NCBI GenBank assembly: GCA_016211245.1
Contig: JACQSQ010000013.1
Coordinates: 796-64,795, forward strand
Direction: 5' to 3'
Length of the DNA stretch: 64,000 nt
Origin: Candidatus Woesearchaeota archaeon
GTDB lineage: Archaea; Nanobdellota; Nanobdellia; Woesearchaeales; GW2011-AR4
The notes under the pieces are model-generated. The model saw only the letters and a list, made by a program, of their open reading frames with translations, did not search any database and was not told the origin of the DNA. Positions within the stretch are counted from its first letter, which is position 1; every line of letters starts with the position of its first letter. The position numbers were made by a program, and so were the translations under genes. Below, one piece after another: positions 1 through 8,700 of this stretch.

Positions 1-84
1 AGAGTTGATGATTCAGATGACGAAGATGAAGGTAACTAAGGTGATAGGAATAAATTTAAATAGAACCTTGTTTGATGATATGGT

Positions 85-354
85 ATGAACTTAAAAATAA
101 TTTTAGATGTGGCTTTCTCTCTATTTACATTGTTATTCACAGTTATATTCCCTTTGATTAATCTTATAAAGCTTGATGCTATTTTAAAAAAGCTTTATGA
201 AAAAGGAAAAAATGATTGGATGTTTAAACTTTATTCTAGGGGCGAATCAACTCAAGAGAAATATAGGTCTTACGCTAAATTATTTTATTCAATTTCTATT
301 ATTGGTGGAATTATACTTCTTATAGCTTGGTTTACTTATCCATGGAATTATTAA
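85..354 (+). CDS. small hydrophobic membrane protein (2 TM), possible immunity/cassette protein
   Basis: ORF track; two hydrophobic helices; followed 3 nt after its stop by a repeat element (357-414) shared with other cassettes. Confidence 0.35.
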   Translation: MNLKIILDVAFSLFTLLFTVIFPLINLIKLDAILKKLYEKGKNDWMFKLYSRGESTQEKYRSYAKLFYSISIIGGIILLIAWFTYPWNY

Positions 355-356
355 GA

Positions 357-414
357 GGCACGTAAAGTTCTTTTTTCCAAATAGCATACCCTCCGTCAGA
401 AAAGACTTATAAAC
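357..414. repeat. cassette-3' repeat copy A (core GGCACGTAAAGTTCTTTT + box CTCCGTCAGAAAAGACTTATAAAC)
   Basis: Direct sequence similarity to copies at 2303-2370 and 3691-3777; begins 3 nt after stop of ORF 85-354. Confidence 0.55.
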
Positions 415-497
415 TTTACAAATTCTGGAATTTATCCTTTAAGTTTCTTGGTTAATTCATCTTCTTATAATGATAATGTGACAGGGGTGGCTGTTTC

Positions 498-1823
498 ATG
501 AAGCCACTAAATTACATAAGGAACATTGCAATAATTTTAGCATTTTTGATAATTAGTTTGCCATTTATATATGCAGATGAATTAAATTTAGTTACAGATG
601 AGAATGGTAACTTAATAACTGGAGACTCTTTTTATAGAGAATATAATGAGTTAAATCAGTTAATCAGAATTAGAAGTGGAAATTTAAGTAACGGCCAAAT
701 ATTAGAGGAATTTATCTGGCATCCTACGGAAGAAAGGATTTTAGTAAAAGATGTATTTTCAAATGGAGTATTAAATTATAGTGTATATTACGTCAACAAA
801 AATTACGTACATATTGAAAATTCATCGGGAAATTACAGCGAAAAATATGTTTATCAAGACAACGCTTTAGTTGCACAAGTTACGACAGATGGTCAAAAGC
901 AGTTTATACATTCAGACCATCTTGGAAGTAATTCATTAATCACGAATGCATCTGGAAATATAATAGAAAATTCATTTTATTCCCCGTTTGGGGAGATATT
1001 AAATGGCGGCGGCTCTAGATATGATTATAACGGAAAAGAGCAAGATACACAAACCAAGGAATACGATTATGGGGCAAGAATGTATAAATCAGAATGGGGA
1101 AAATTTATTGCGCCAGATACATTAACTCAGTATATTTATGAACCTCAATTTTTTAATCATTATGCTTATACTAAGAACAATCCATACAAGTTTATAGACC
1201 CGAATGGTCATGTTGTAGTCTACTTTTACGGGTATAGCACAACTTCCAGTGGCGGTTCTAGTGATTTAGAAAAATTGCAAGCAAGAGAAACTTCATCTCA
1301 GACATCAATATTGGCATCATATAACAGATTAGATTCCGTTAAAGAATTAGTTAAATCCGAATTACAAAGAGATAAGAACCAGCCCGTTATAATTGTTGGT
1401 CATAGCTTAGGAGGCACTTCAGCTATAACCTTAAGTAATAGTCTAAAAGAAGACCATATAGAAGTGGATTTAGTAGTTACAATAGATAAAGTTGGTTTTA
1501 ATAATGTCAAACCAGATAACGTAAAGGAACTAATTAATATCAGACAAAAAGATGGTCTTGAGTTACATGGTGAGGAAATTGAGGGGACAGATGAAGAACA
1601 TATTTTATCTAAAATTAAGCACACCGATATTGATAATATTGACAAAAATCCATTATTAGGAATGATACCAAAAAAAGCTGACGAACTTTATGGTAAATCT
1701 GGAGGTAATGGCGGAGGTGGGGGCGGTTCTAACGTTGAATGTTATGATAGTTGTACTAAAAGCTGTGACTCACAAGGTCATTGCTCTGCCCAAACATGCA
1801 AAACTATATGCAAATTAAAGTAA
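498..1823 (+). CDS. secreted RHS repeat-associated core domain protein with C-terminal alpha/beta-hydrolase (lipase/esterase-like, GHSLGG) toxin tip and Cys-rich tail
   Basis: N-terminal signal peptide (MKPLNYIRNIAIILAFLIISLPFIYA); YD repeats; RHS core signature HSDHLGS...YSPFGE...RYDYNGKEQD...YDYGARMYKSEWGKFIAPD...NPYKFIDPNGH; downstream GxSxG nucleophile elbow VIIVGHSLGG; Gly-run then CxxxC-rich tail. Confidence 0.75.
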   Translation: MKPLNYIRNIAIILAFLIISLPFIYADELNLVTDENGNLITGDSFYREYNELNQLIRIRSGNLSNGQILEEFIWHPTEERILVKDVFSNGVLNYSVYYVNKNYVHIENSSGNYSEKYVYQDNALVAQVTTDGQKQFIHSDHLGSNSLITNASGNIIENSFYSPFGEILNGGGSRYDYNGKEQDTQTKEYDYGARMYKSEWGKFIAPDTLTQYIYEPQFFNHYAYTKNNPYKFIDPNGHVVVYFYGYSTTSSGGSSDLEKLQARETSSQTSILASYNRLDSVKELVKSELQRDKNQPVIIVGHSLGGTSAITLSNSLKEDHIEVDLVVTIDKVGFNNVKPDNVKELINIRQKDGLELHGEEIEGTDEEHILSKIKHTDIDNIDKNPLLGMIPKKADELYGKSGGNGGGGGGSNVECYDSCTKSCDSQGHCSAQTCKTICKLK

Positions 1824-1898
1824 TAGCCCATGAAACTAAAAAGCTAATTCCTTCCAATAATGATTAAATTTAAATAAAGATTAGCTTTTAACCATACA

Positions 1899-2294
1899 AT
1901 GAAAAACATATTAAAGTGGATATTATCAGCGTATTTTTTCATATTTATATTTCCAGTTATATTTTTTACTACTCTTGGTTACTCTGACTCTAATGAAAAT
2001 CCCATTATCATACTAATCGGGATAATTTTCTTAATAGTATTCTTAACAGGAACTTATAGTTCAATTCGAATTAAAAAGAAAGAGGATTTTACTAAATTTA
2101 AACTAATGTTGCCTTTATTTATTTCATTTGTATGCTTATTTTATGGTTGGGATTTATTATCTTTTCTTTTTGGTAGAAAATGCATATTTCGAGATTGTAA
2201 CACTTATTTACTTATTTTATTAGGTTCTGGAGTTAGTGTTATTTTTTTATATCTCTATGCAAAGATAATTAAAAGATATACAAAAGAAATTTAA
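1899..2294 (+). CDS. polytopic small membrane protein, candidate immunity protein for upstream RHS toxin
   Basis: Immediately downstream of the toxin gene, four predicted TM helices; position typical of immunity genes in polymorphic toxin loci. Confidence 0.4.
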   Translation: MKNILKWILSAYFFIFIFPVIFFTTLGYSDSNENPIIILIGIIFLIVFLTGTYSSIRIKKKEDFTKFKLMLPLFISFVCLFYGWDLLSFLFGRKCIFRDCNTYLLILLGSGVSVIFLYLYAKIIKRYTKEI

Positions 2295-2302
2295 CAATTT
2301 TT

Positions 2303-2370
2303 GGTACGTAAATCTTCTCCAACGTCAATAGATTTAAATACTACTTTCTGAGTAAAAACTTACTACGATA
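2303..2370. repeat. cassette-3' repeat copy B (core GGTACGTAAATCTTCTCC + box CTTTCTGAGTAAAAACTTACTACGATA)
   Basis: Shares the 18-nt core and downstream box with copies A and C; begins 9 nt after stop of ORF 1899-2294. Confidence 0.55.
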
Positions 2371-2427
2371 GTTTCCCATAAAAAATTAGCTAAACAGGGG
2401 GAATCCATCTTCTGGGGCAAACATGAG

Positions 2428-2830
2428 GTGAAAGGCACTATTTGCAGGATAACACTCCTGCCATCTCCGCCCTTTTCACATAGATTCAATATCGTTAATG
2501 AAACTTTATCGGATAAATCAATAATTTCACATTATTTCCATCAAGGCAAGCAATTAAAAGGCAAAGAGTTCAAGACAGAAATTTACGATAGCAATTCCAA
2601 TATCTATTCGAGAACTGAAAATAATTTTAACTTTACGCAAAGAAATGCAAGCTCTTTCATTATTAATTTGCTATCTACATCATCATACACATTTGACGGA
2701 AATTTCAAATGACGCAATCCCAGCAAATAAGACAAAATATAATTACGACGCATTATCGAGAATTACTTCAATAATTAATCCTGACGGAACTACAAAAAAT
2801 ACAATTTATCGTCGACAAAAATAGAAAAAT
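2428..2830 (+). pseudogene. degraded YD-repeat (RHS-family) gene fragments in two frames
   Basis: Frame 1 (2428-2712) has EIYDSNSNIYSRTE and YTFDGN. A second frame (about 2703-2823) has YNYDALSRITSIINPDGTTKNTIY. Both are YD-repeat signatures interrupted by stops and frameshifts. Confidence 0.5.
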
Positions 2831-2978
2831 ATAAATAACGGTGTTCACATAAGAAATTTGCTGACGAAATACAATAATTCGAGATTATAGTAGCTCGGCA
2901 GGGCTGTAGCGCAATCTCGGATTGGCAGGCTTTTTTTAAAGAAAATGTTTTTATATAGTATAGCTAAGCGAATTCGTA

Positions 2979-3320
2979 ATGAACACAACCAAAATAATAA
3001 AAGAAATTAGCTTAGGGGAATTCAAAGAAATAACCTCAAAATACAAAGATAACATCATTCTTAACCCCCATGCCCTTGACCATCTGAGCGATGCCCAAAG
3101 AAAGTTATTTAAAGAGCAGAGCTTAATTGATCTTTTGCTGAAGGAAAACCCCAGAGGCATTGGCCTTCAGCGAAACGGGAGATATGCGGCGTTTTACAGG
3201 AGAAATTGGGGCTTCCTTAGGGTAATACTGGAAATTAAAGATCCAAAATTGGAGATAATAACGTTTATAAACACAGAGACTATGCCTAATCTAAAGAGAC
3301 TAGAAAATGAGACATCTTAA
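2979..3320 (+). CDS. DUF4258-like small protein (putative toxin of a two-gene TA-like module)
   Basis: Size (~113 aa), His/Arg-containing N-terminal region (NPHALDHLSDAQRK), overlaps the downstream DUF2283-like gene by 14 nt (coupled). Confidence 0.35.
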   Translation: MNTTKIIKEISLGEFKEITSKYKDNIILNPHALDHLSDAQRKLFKEQSLIDLLLKENPRGIGLQRNGRYAAFYRRNWGFLRVILEIKDPKLEIITFINTETMPNLKRLENETS

Positions 3321-3684
3321 AGCACCGGGAAGAGGAGAATACCTCTATGATTACAGGAATGATATTTTGCTATTCAAAATTAGAGATAGGAACTATGCCA
3401 TATCTGTAGAATTTGATAATTTCATAGTTGACATTGATGAAGAGGGATTCATAACTGGATTGAGAATTTTTGATGCTTCTCAGATTTTTAAGCTGTCAAA
3501 AGTTGCCTTGAATAATTTAAAGAGTTTTGAATTTCATGCAAAGGCAGAAAATGGCGTAATATCCGTTCAACTAAGGTTTGACTGCATGGTTAGAAATGCC
3601 ATAATTAAACAAGGCCATGATTTTGTCAGGGAAGCAGCAGATTCGCACATAAAAAATTCTGAGGTAATCTGCACAGTTGCATAA
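3307..3684 (+). CDS. DUF2283-like small protein (partner of DUF4258 family)
   Basis: Pattern YLYDYRNDILLFKI...DIDEEGFITGLRIFDAS resembles the DUF2283 consensus (Y..D.L.I......D.D..G.i.GiEil.AS). Confidence 0.45.
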   Translation: MRHLKAPGRGEYLYDYRNDILLFKIRDRNYAISVEFDNFIVDIDEEGFITGLRIFDASQIFKLSKVALNNLKSFEFHAKAENGVISVQLRFDCMVRNAIIKQGHDFVREAADSHIKNSEVICTVA

Positions 3685-3690
3685 GAGTAT

Positions 3691-3777
3691 TACTACTACG
3701 ACGGCTTTGCTAACTTTGGTACGTAAAGTTCTTCTAACCAAAAATCTGCTTTCTCCTCAGAAAAGCTTTTATAATCT
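3691..3777. repeat. cassette-3' repeat copy C (TACTACTACGACGG + core GGTACGTAAAGTTCTTCT + hairpin GCTTTCTCCTCAGAAAAGC)
   Basis: Best-conserved copy; follows stop of ORF 3307-3684; contains a 7-bp stem hairpin. Confidence 0.55.
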
Positions 3778-3798
3778 CTAAAATTTGAGGTGATTTTT

Positions 3799-4568
3799 AT
3801 GTATTCCGTAAGACAGATACTGGAAGAGAATTGGGGAGATTATCTTAAAAAAGATAATCCAACAATCCACCAAAAACGAGAAATCCAAAAAATGATAGAT
3901 TGCTCAAAGAATAGCTGCAATTCAAGGATATGCAACTCACGTGGAAAGAGATATGCGGACAACTGGTCAGAAAATTTGAAAAGCAATCCGCGTCCAACTC
4001 CTAGAAAGCATATCGTCTTAACAGTCCCTTATTTGCTTAGGCCAATTTTGAGAAATTGGAACAATCTCAACACTTTACTGAGATCTTCAAAATATTTTTT
4101 CAAATGCTTCACTTAGATTCACATCGAAAAACAGGGCTTGTCGTCATTCTTCACACTTTTGGCAAAGATATGAAATTTCATCCGCATTTGCATATAATAA
4201 CAAACTCAAATATTGATTTCAATTTTAAGTTCAGTAAGTTATGGAGAAAAACAGTCCTCGATAGTCTGAAACTATCATCAAACGAATACTATTACGGGTA
4301 TTATGTATGGTCAAACAATATTGAATCAAAAAATATTGCTAAGTACATAGGAAGATATGTAAGGCACCCTGCAATTGCCAATGGCAGGATAATAAGATAC
4401 AACAAAAGAGATATAATATTCTTCTATAAAGATTCAAAAGGAAAAAGGATATTGGTAAGAAAATCAGTTTTGGATTTTATCACTTGCCTTATCCAGCACA
4501 TACCACCAAGACAATTCAAAATGATAAGATATTACGGAGCCTACAATAAAAATAGTAAGGGGATTTAA
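3799..4568 (+). mobile_element. IS91-family (HUH-Y2 rolling-circle) transposase, frameshifted and truncated remnant
   Basis: SD-like GAGGTGA at 3787-3793 then ATG 3799. N-terminal Cys-rich Zn-binding segment (CSKNSCNSRICNSRGKRYADNWSENLK). HUH motif HPHLHIIT. Tyrosine pair in YIGRYVRHPAIANGRI typical of Y2 transposases. Reading frame switches near 4056-4116. Total length is much shorter than intact IS91 transposases. Confidence 0.6.
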
Positions 4569-5054
4569 TCAGCACTCCTCCCCTTTCTCTCTCAGCTTCC
4601 TGCACAGCTCATTATTCCTTGCAATCAGCTTGCTAATGTCCTCATTGGCTTTTATGAGAGAATCCTGCACTTGCTTAAATTGAATCTGCAATTTATCAAA
4701 CATTGTTTTCTGGCTTTCAGACTCAGCCTTTAACAAGCCAACCTCATCATTCAACCTCTCATTTTCTGCTTTTAATGCGTCATTCCCGATTTTCAAATCA
4801 AAATAGCCCTTTTCCAAGTATTCCTTGTCTTTTTGGAAAGTATTTTTTAAACTGAGAGTATGATTTAAATCCTCAAGAACTGCATTCCCAGTATATTTCT
4901 CGCTCTTTTGAAGCTCATTATCATAACTCAAAGAGATATTGCTTAGCTTACTCTCATAATAAGCAGTTGACCATGAAAAAATTACCAGTAAAGCTATTAT
5001 GAAAACCAGCAATATTTTATTGACATCTTTTTTGATGTAAGTAATATACAACAC
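4569..5054 (-). CDS. N-terminally membrane-anchored coiled-coil protein
   Basis: Single N-terminal TM (ILLVFIIALLVIFSW) followed by heptad-rich Glu/Lys/Leu sequence; no catalytic motif recognised. Confidence 0.35.
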   Translation of the reverse strand: MLYITYIKKDVNKILLVFIIALLVIFSWSTAYYESKLSNISLSYDNELQKSEKYTGNAVLEDLNHTLSLKNTFQKDKEYLEKGYFDLKIGNDALKAENERLNDEVGLLKAESESQKTMFDKLQIQFKQVQDSLIKANEDISKLIARNNELCRKLREKGEEC

Positions 5055-5099
5055 CCCCGAAGTAAAGTATGCACAGTTATTGGATATAAATCTTTTTGT

Positions 5100-6518
5100 T
5101 CAGAAAAACGATTTTATCAAGCTTATTTCCTCTTTTCCAAGGCCCTTTATCATGAACAGCACAGAAAAATAGCAGGCTATGGCCAAAGGCACTACGAGCA
5201 AAAGATGGTATTTTCCAGCAGCCAATATCAATGCACCCATTATCAAAGACGCGATTAGGGGCTTAAAAAGCAGCTTTAGGGGGTTCAAAAAAAACCCGCT
5301 CTTTGAGCTGAAGTAAAACAGCATGAAGAAGTTGAACAGCTCTGCTGATACTGTTGCTATGGCAGCTCCCTTATAGCTGTACACCGGTATAATTATCAGG
5401 TTTAAAATTACATTAAATGCCGCTGTCAGCCCTGTGACCAAAGTAAAAGCCTTCTGCTTGTCGATTGAATTCAGCAGGAACCCCATCAAATAGTTCACGA
5501 ACATCAGAACCAAAGCCCATATCAGGATTTGCAGCGCAATTGCTGAATTTATAAAGCTTTTATCATAAATCAAAAGTATGATTCTTTCAGCCAATACAGT
5601 AACGCCAATGCCGAGCGGCAATGCAAGCAATGAAAGATAGTAAAATGATTTTTTATATACTGCTGACAGCATTACAGCATCTTTTTTATGGAACTTTGAC
5701 ATGACTGGGAAGGCAACAGTCACGACAACAAACGGGATAAAGGCCAAAGTATCTATTATCTTGTATGCCGCATTATACAATCCTGTAACAGCGTAATCCT
5801 GCATGAAGGAAAGCATGACTGTATCAATCTTGAAGTAAATTGTCATGAATATTGTGGTAAACCAGAAAGGGGAGGATTTCTTAAGGACTGATTTTATGAA
5901 GGCCCAATCAAGCTGCGGCTTGAAACCGACAAGATTTTTTGATACAAGCCTGCAGATGATAAGCCAGCTTGACGCGTTTGAGAAAACAAGCACTATAAGA
6001 AGCGCTGTCAGCCCATACCCTTTGAAGAGGACAAAAGTGCCAAGGGCAAATGCAATGAGCCTTTCTGCCAAAACGTACAAAGACTGGTAGCTCTGCACCT
6101 CGTATGCATTTACAACTGCCCTGAACGGGAATGCAATATAATACATAAACATTGCAGCTGCCGCAAGCATAACTCCTGCCTTTATCTCTGCAGCCTGGCC
6201 TGTGAGGAATATTATCAGAATCGGCACTAATGAAGATATTGCAGCGAGAATAAGCTTTGCAACAAAGACTTTGCCAAGGTACTCTTTTGCCAATGAATTG
6301 TTCCTTGCTATCTCTTTTGTTATGTACAGGGTTGAGCCCAAGTCTGAGAATATCGAGAATATGCCTACAAAGGCAAAGACAAATGAGTATTTGCCCAATC
6401 CTGATTCATTTAATGTTCTTGCGATAACTACTATAAGCACAAGAGAGAGCGCTCGGCTCAGCAACTCTCCCGCTACAAGTATGCCTGTATTTCTTACCAA
6501 AGATTTCGCTGTGGACAT
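5100..6518 (-). CDS. Wzx-like oligo/polysaccharide flippase (MOP superfamily polysaccharide biosynthesis protein)
   Basis: About 12 predicted TM helices, N-terminal MSTAKSLVRNTGILVAGELLSRALSLVLIVVIARTL typical of Wzx/PST family. Confidence 0.8.
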   Translation of the reverse strand: MSTAKSLVRNTGILVAGELLSRALSLVLIVVIARTLNESGLGKYSFVFAFVGIFSIFSDLGSTLYITKEIARNNSLAKEYLGKVFVAKLILAAISSLVPILIIFLTGQAAEIKAGVMLAAAAMFMYYIAFPFRAVVNAYEVQSYQSLYVLAERLIAFALGTFVLFKGYGLTALLIVLVFSNASSWLIICRLVSKNLVGFKPQLDWAFIKSVLKKSSPFWFTTIFMTIYFKIDTVMLSFMQDYAVTGLYNAAYKIIDTLAFIPFVVVTVAFPVMSKFHKKDAVMLSAVYKKSFYYLSLLALPLGIGVTVLAERIILLIYDKSFINSAIALQILIWALVLMFVNYLMGFLLNSIDKQKAFTLVTGLTAAFNVILNLIIIPVYSYKGAAIATVSAELFNFFMLFYFSSKSGFFLNPLKLLFKPLIASLIMGALILAAGKYHLLLVVPLAIACYFSVLFMIKGLGKEEISLIKSFF

Positions 6519-6607
6519 AATATCATAAAACTATATTTTGTATTTAAATATATACCCCAAAACAGCCAAACAGCAAGATTTTTAAGTTGTCGACTTATTC
6601 ATGAGTT

Positions 6608-7654
6608 ATGGCTGGTGAAACAAAAAACCGGATTAATCTGGGAAAAAAAGCAAGAATACTTCTCATATCACTAACCGGTATAGGCAACCTGATCATGCTC
6701 ACTCCAGCTTTTGCCAACATCAAAAAAAACCTGCCTGAATCCGAATTGTATGTAATGGTCTCTGAAAGGTCTGTGCATGCAGCAAGAAATAACCCGCATA
6801 TTGACAAGCTGATTTTGTACCCTTCCAAAAAGAATTTCATCCAAAAGATGATATTCTTGCTGAAGCTTAGGAAAAACAATTATGATCTGGCTTATTATTC
6901 ATTTCCAAATAGGAATATCCTGAGCGATATATTCCTGTTCCTGACAGGCGCAAAGGAAAAAATAAATTACTATTACCCATTATTCGGCATTGAAAATTTC
7001 TGCTTCAGCGATGCATGCATGGAGCCAGACTTAAAGCGGCATGATCTGGAAAAGGGCATGGACTTGCTGAGATTGTGCAATCTAAAGATTTATTCAAAAA
7101 AGCCCGTTATTAACCCTTCAATGGACGATTATAAGTTTATAGAGGGCTTATTAAAAAATAAGGCTTCAAAAAGCGACATACTGATAGGAATGCATGTGGG
7201 TACTATAGACAATGAGAAAATATGGCCGACTGAAAATTTTGCACATGTTGCAAAAGAGCTTGCTAAAAATAAAAATACCAAAATAATTTTGATAGGCAGC
7301 GAGATAGAAAAAAATTTAGTCAGGAATTTTGGCGAATTCAGGCACAGGAATGTAATAAACCTTATAGGCAAAACCTCGGTGCTTCAGACTGCCGCATTGC
7401 TCAAGAAATGCAGGCTTTTGGTAACAAATGACTCCGGGCCAATGCATATTGCGGTGGCTGTCGATACCAAGGTAGTTGCCATATTTCTTGCTTCTGACAT
7501 CAGAAGGACAGGGCCTTATGACAAAAAGCACATTGTCTTGTCAAAGAGGGGATATTATGATAAAAGCGATGGAAACAAAAACCACATCTACACAGACAAT
7601 ATAACTCCCGAGCTGGTGCTGTCGCAAATAAGGAAAATTTTGAAAGCAAAATGA
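6608..7654 (+). CDS. glycosyltransferase family 9 (heptosyltransferase-like)
   Basis: N-terminal ILLISLTGIGNLIMLTPAF and C-terminal LLVTNDSGPMHIAVAV (GT9 signature TNDSGPMH); stop overlaps next gene start (ATGA). Confidence 0.75.
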   Translation: MAGETKNRINLGKKARILLISLTGIGNLIMLTPAFANIKKNLPESELYVMVSERSVHAARNNPHIDKLILYPSKKNFIQKMIFLLKLRKNNYDLAYYSFPNRNILSDIFLFLTGAKEKINYYYPLFGIENFCFSDACMEPDLKRHDLEKGMDLLRLCNLKIYSKKPVINPSMDDYKFIEGLLKNKASKSDILIGMHVGTIDNEKIWPTENFAHVAKELAKNKNTKIILIGSEIEKNLVRNFGEFRHRNVINLIGKTSVLQTAALLKKCRLLVTNDSGPMHIAVAVDTKVVAIFLASDIRRTGPYDKKHIVLSKRGYYDKSDGNKNHIYTDNITPELVLSQIRKILKAK

Positions 7655-8700
7655 AGAAAAAGGAAATTCTTATTAAATTGATTATGCTGGCAGCAAGCAT
7701 ACTTGTTTTTCTTATTATGCTTGAGATTGCATTAAGGCTAGCCGGGATAGGACCTCAAAAATACCCGAAAATATTCATGAAATCGCAAAACCAGAAACTG
7801 ATTTACGAGCTGATGCCAAACGGATCAATAATAATGGACGGGATTAATATAACTATAAATTCCAAAGGCATGAGGGATTACGAGTACGGCTATAAGAAAA
7901 ATAAGGATACTGTTAGGATAGCTGTGATAGGGGATTCTGTGACAGCAGCATTCCAGGTTGAATTGGACGACTCGTACCCCAAGGCATTGGAAAGAAAGCT
8001 GAACAGTAAAAACAAAAATGGAAATTATGAAGTGTTGAATTTCGGGATTAATGGCTATGGCATAGAACAGGAAACAGAGCTGCTAAAAGCCAAAGCAATC
8101 CAGTTTGACCCTGATATTTTAGTGATAGGATATATCCTTAACGATCCCGAGCCATCGCCAGGATTGATAGGACAATTTAAAACGCTTGAGGATAGAAAGG
8201 GCAACAGATGCATGGTATATTCGCTTGAGCTTGCAATTCCATGCGGGTTAAAGGATTTTATCGATGGCCTGAGCATTACAGAGTTTGTTTATTCTAAAAT
8301 CATCAACATACGCTCAAGATTCAATGATGATGTGTATACTGCGTTTCACAAGGCTAACAGCTCTTGGGGAAATGTGGCAAGCAGCTTCAAAGAGATAAGG
8401 CTTATCGCAGGCAAGAATGATATCGATGTCATAATTGTAATATTCCCCCTATTTTATGAAGAATTTGAAAATTACAAGTGGGAATGGATACACGAAAAGG
8501 TAAAAGAGGAAGCAGAGATAAACGGGTTTTACGCAATAGACCTTTTAGAGCCGTATAAGGAGCAGGGGCTGCAAAAGCTTAAAATCAAGAGAAATGATGT
8601 TGTTCATCCGAACGTCCTTGGACATGAGATTGCTGCACAATATATTTATGACGCCACTAAAAATATTACTAACAGCCAAAATGAGAAACCCAAGCAATAG
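7651..8700 (+). CDS. membrane-anchored SGNH/GDSL hydrolase-type esterase or acyltransferase (paralog 1 of 4)
   Basis: N-terminal TM; block I IAVIGDSVTAA (catalytic Ser), block III GYILNDPE, C-terminal DVVHPNVLGHEIAA (DxxH). Confidence 0.7.
   Translation: MKKKEILIKLIMLAASILVFLIMLEIALRLAGIGPQKYPKIFMKSQNQKLIYELMPNGSIIMDGINITINSKGMRDYEYGYKKNKDTVRIAVIGDSVTAAFQVELDDSYPKALERKLNSKNKNGNYEVLNFGINGYGIEQETELLKAKAIQFDPDILVIGYILNDPEPSPGLIGQFKTLEDRKGNRCMVYSLELAIPCGLKDFIDGLSITEFVYSKIINIRSRFNDDVYTAFHKANSSWGNVASSFKEIRLIAGKNDIDVIIVIFPLFYEEFENYKWEWIHEKVKEEAEINGFYAIDLLEPYKEQGLQKLKIKRNDVVHPNVLGHEIAAQYIYDATKNITNSQNEKPKQ

Noticed and set aside
1-39. 3' end of an upstream + strand ORF encoding an acidic tail (...RVDDSDDEDEGN*)
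   Set aside because: Only 13 codons are visible; it cannot be identified.
1400-1645. Antisense and internal ORFs listed in the six-frame track that fall inside larger confidently called genes. Examples are 1400-1645, 5845-6090, 6202-6528, 14137-14436, 15424-15864, 20715-21159, 30537-30851, 31642-32331, 33785-36961, 55227-56431 and 61455-61874.
   Set aside because: They lie entirely inside longer ORFs that have clear family signatures. They are low-complexity or have no motifs. Many are just the reverse translation of Cys- or Gly-codon-rich stretches, for example the PPPPPPP ORF at 31642.
2880-2940. GGCAGGGCTGTAGCGCAATCTCGGATTGGCAGGC followed by a T-run, considered as a tRNA fragment or terminator
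   Set aside because: No cloverleaf can be drawn, there is no T-loop consensus, and the flanking GGCAGG copies are direct rather than inverted repeats. At most it is a weak terminator-like T-run.
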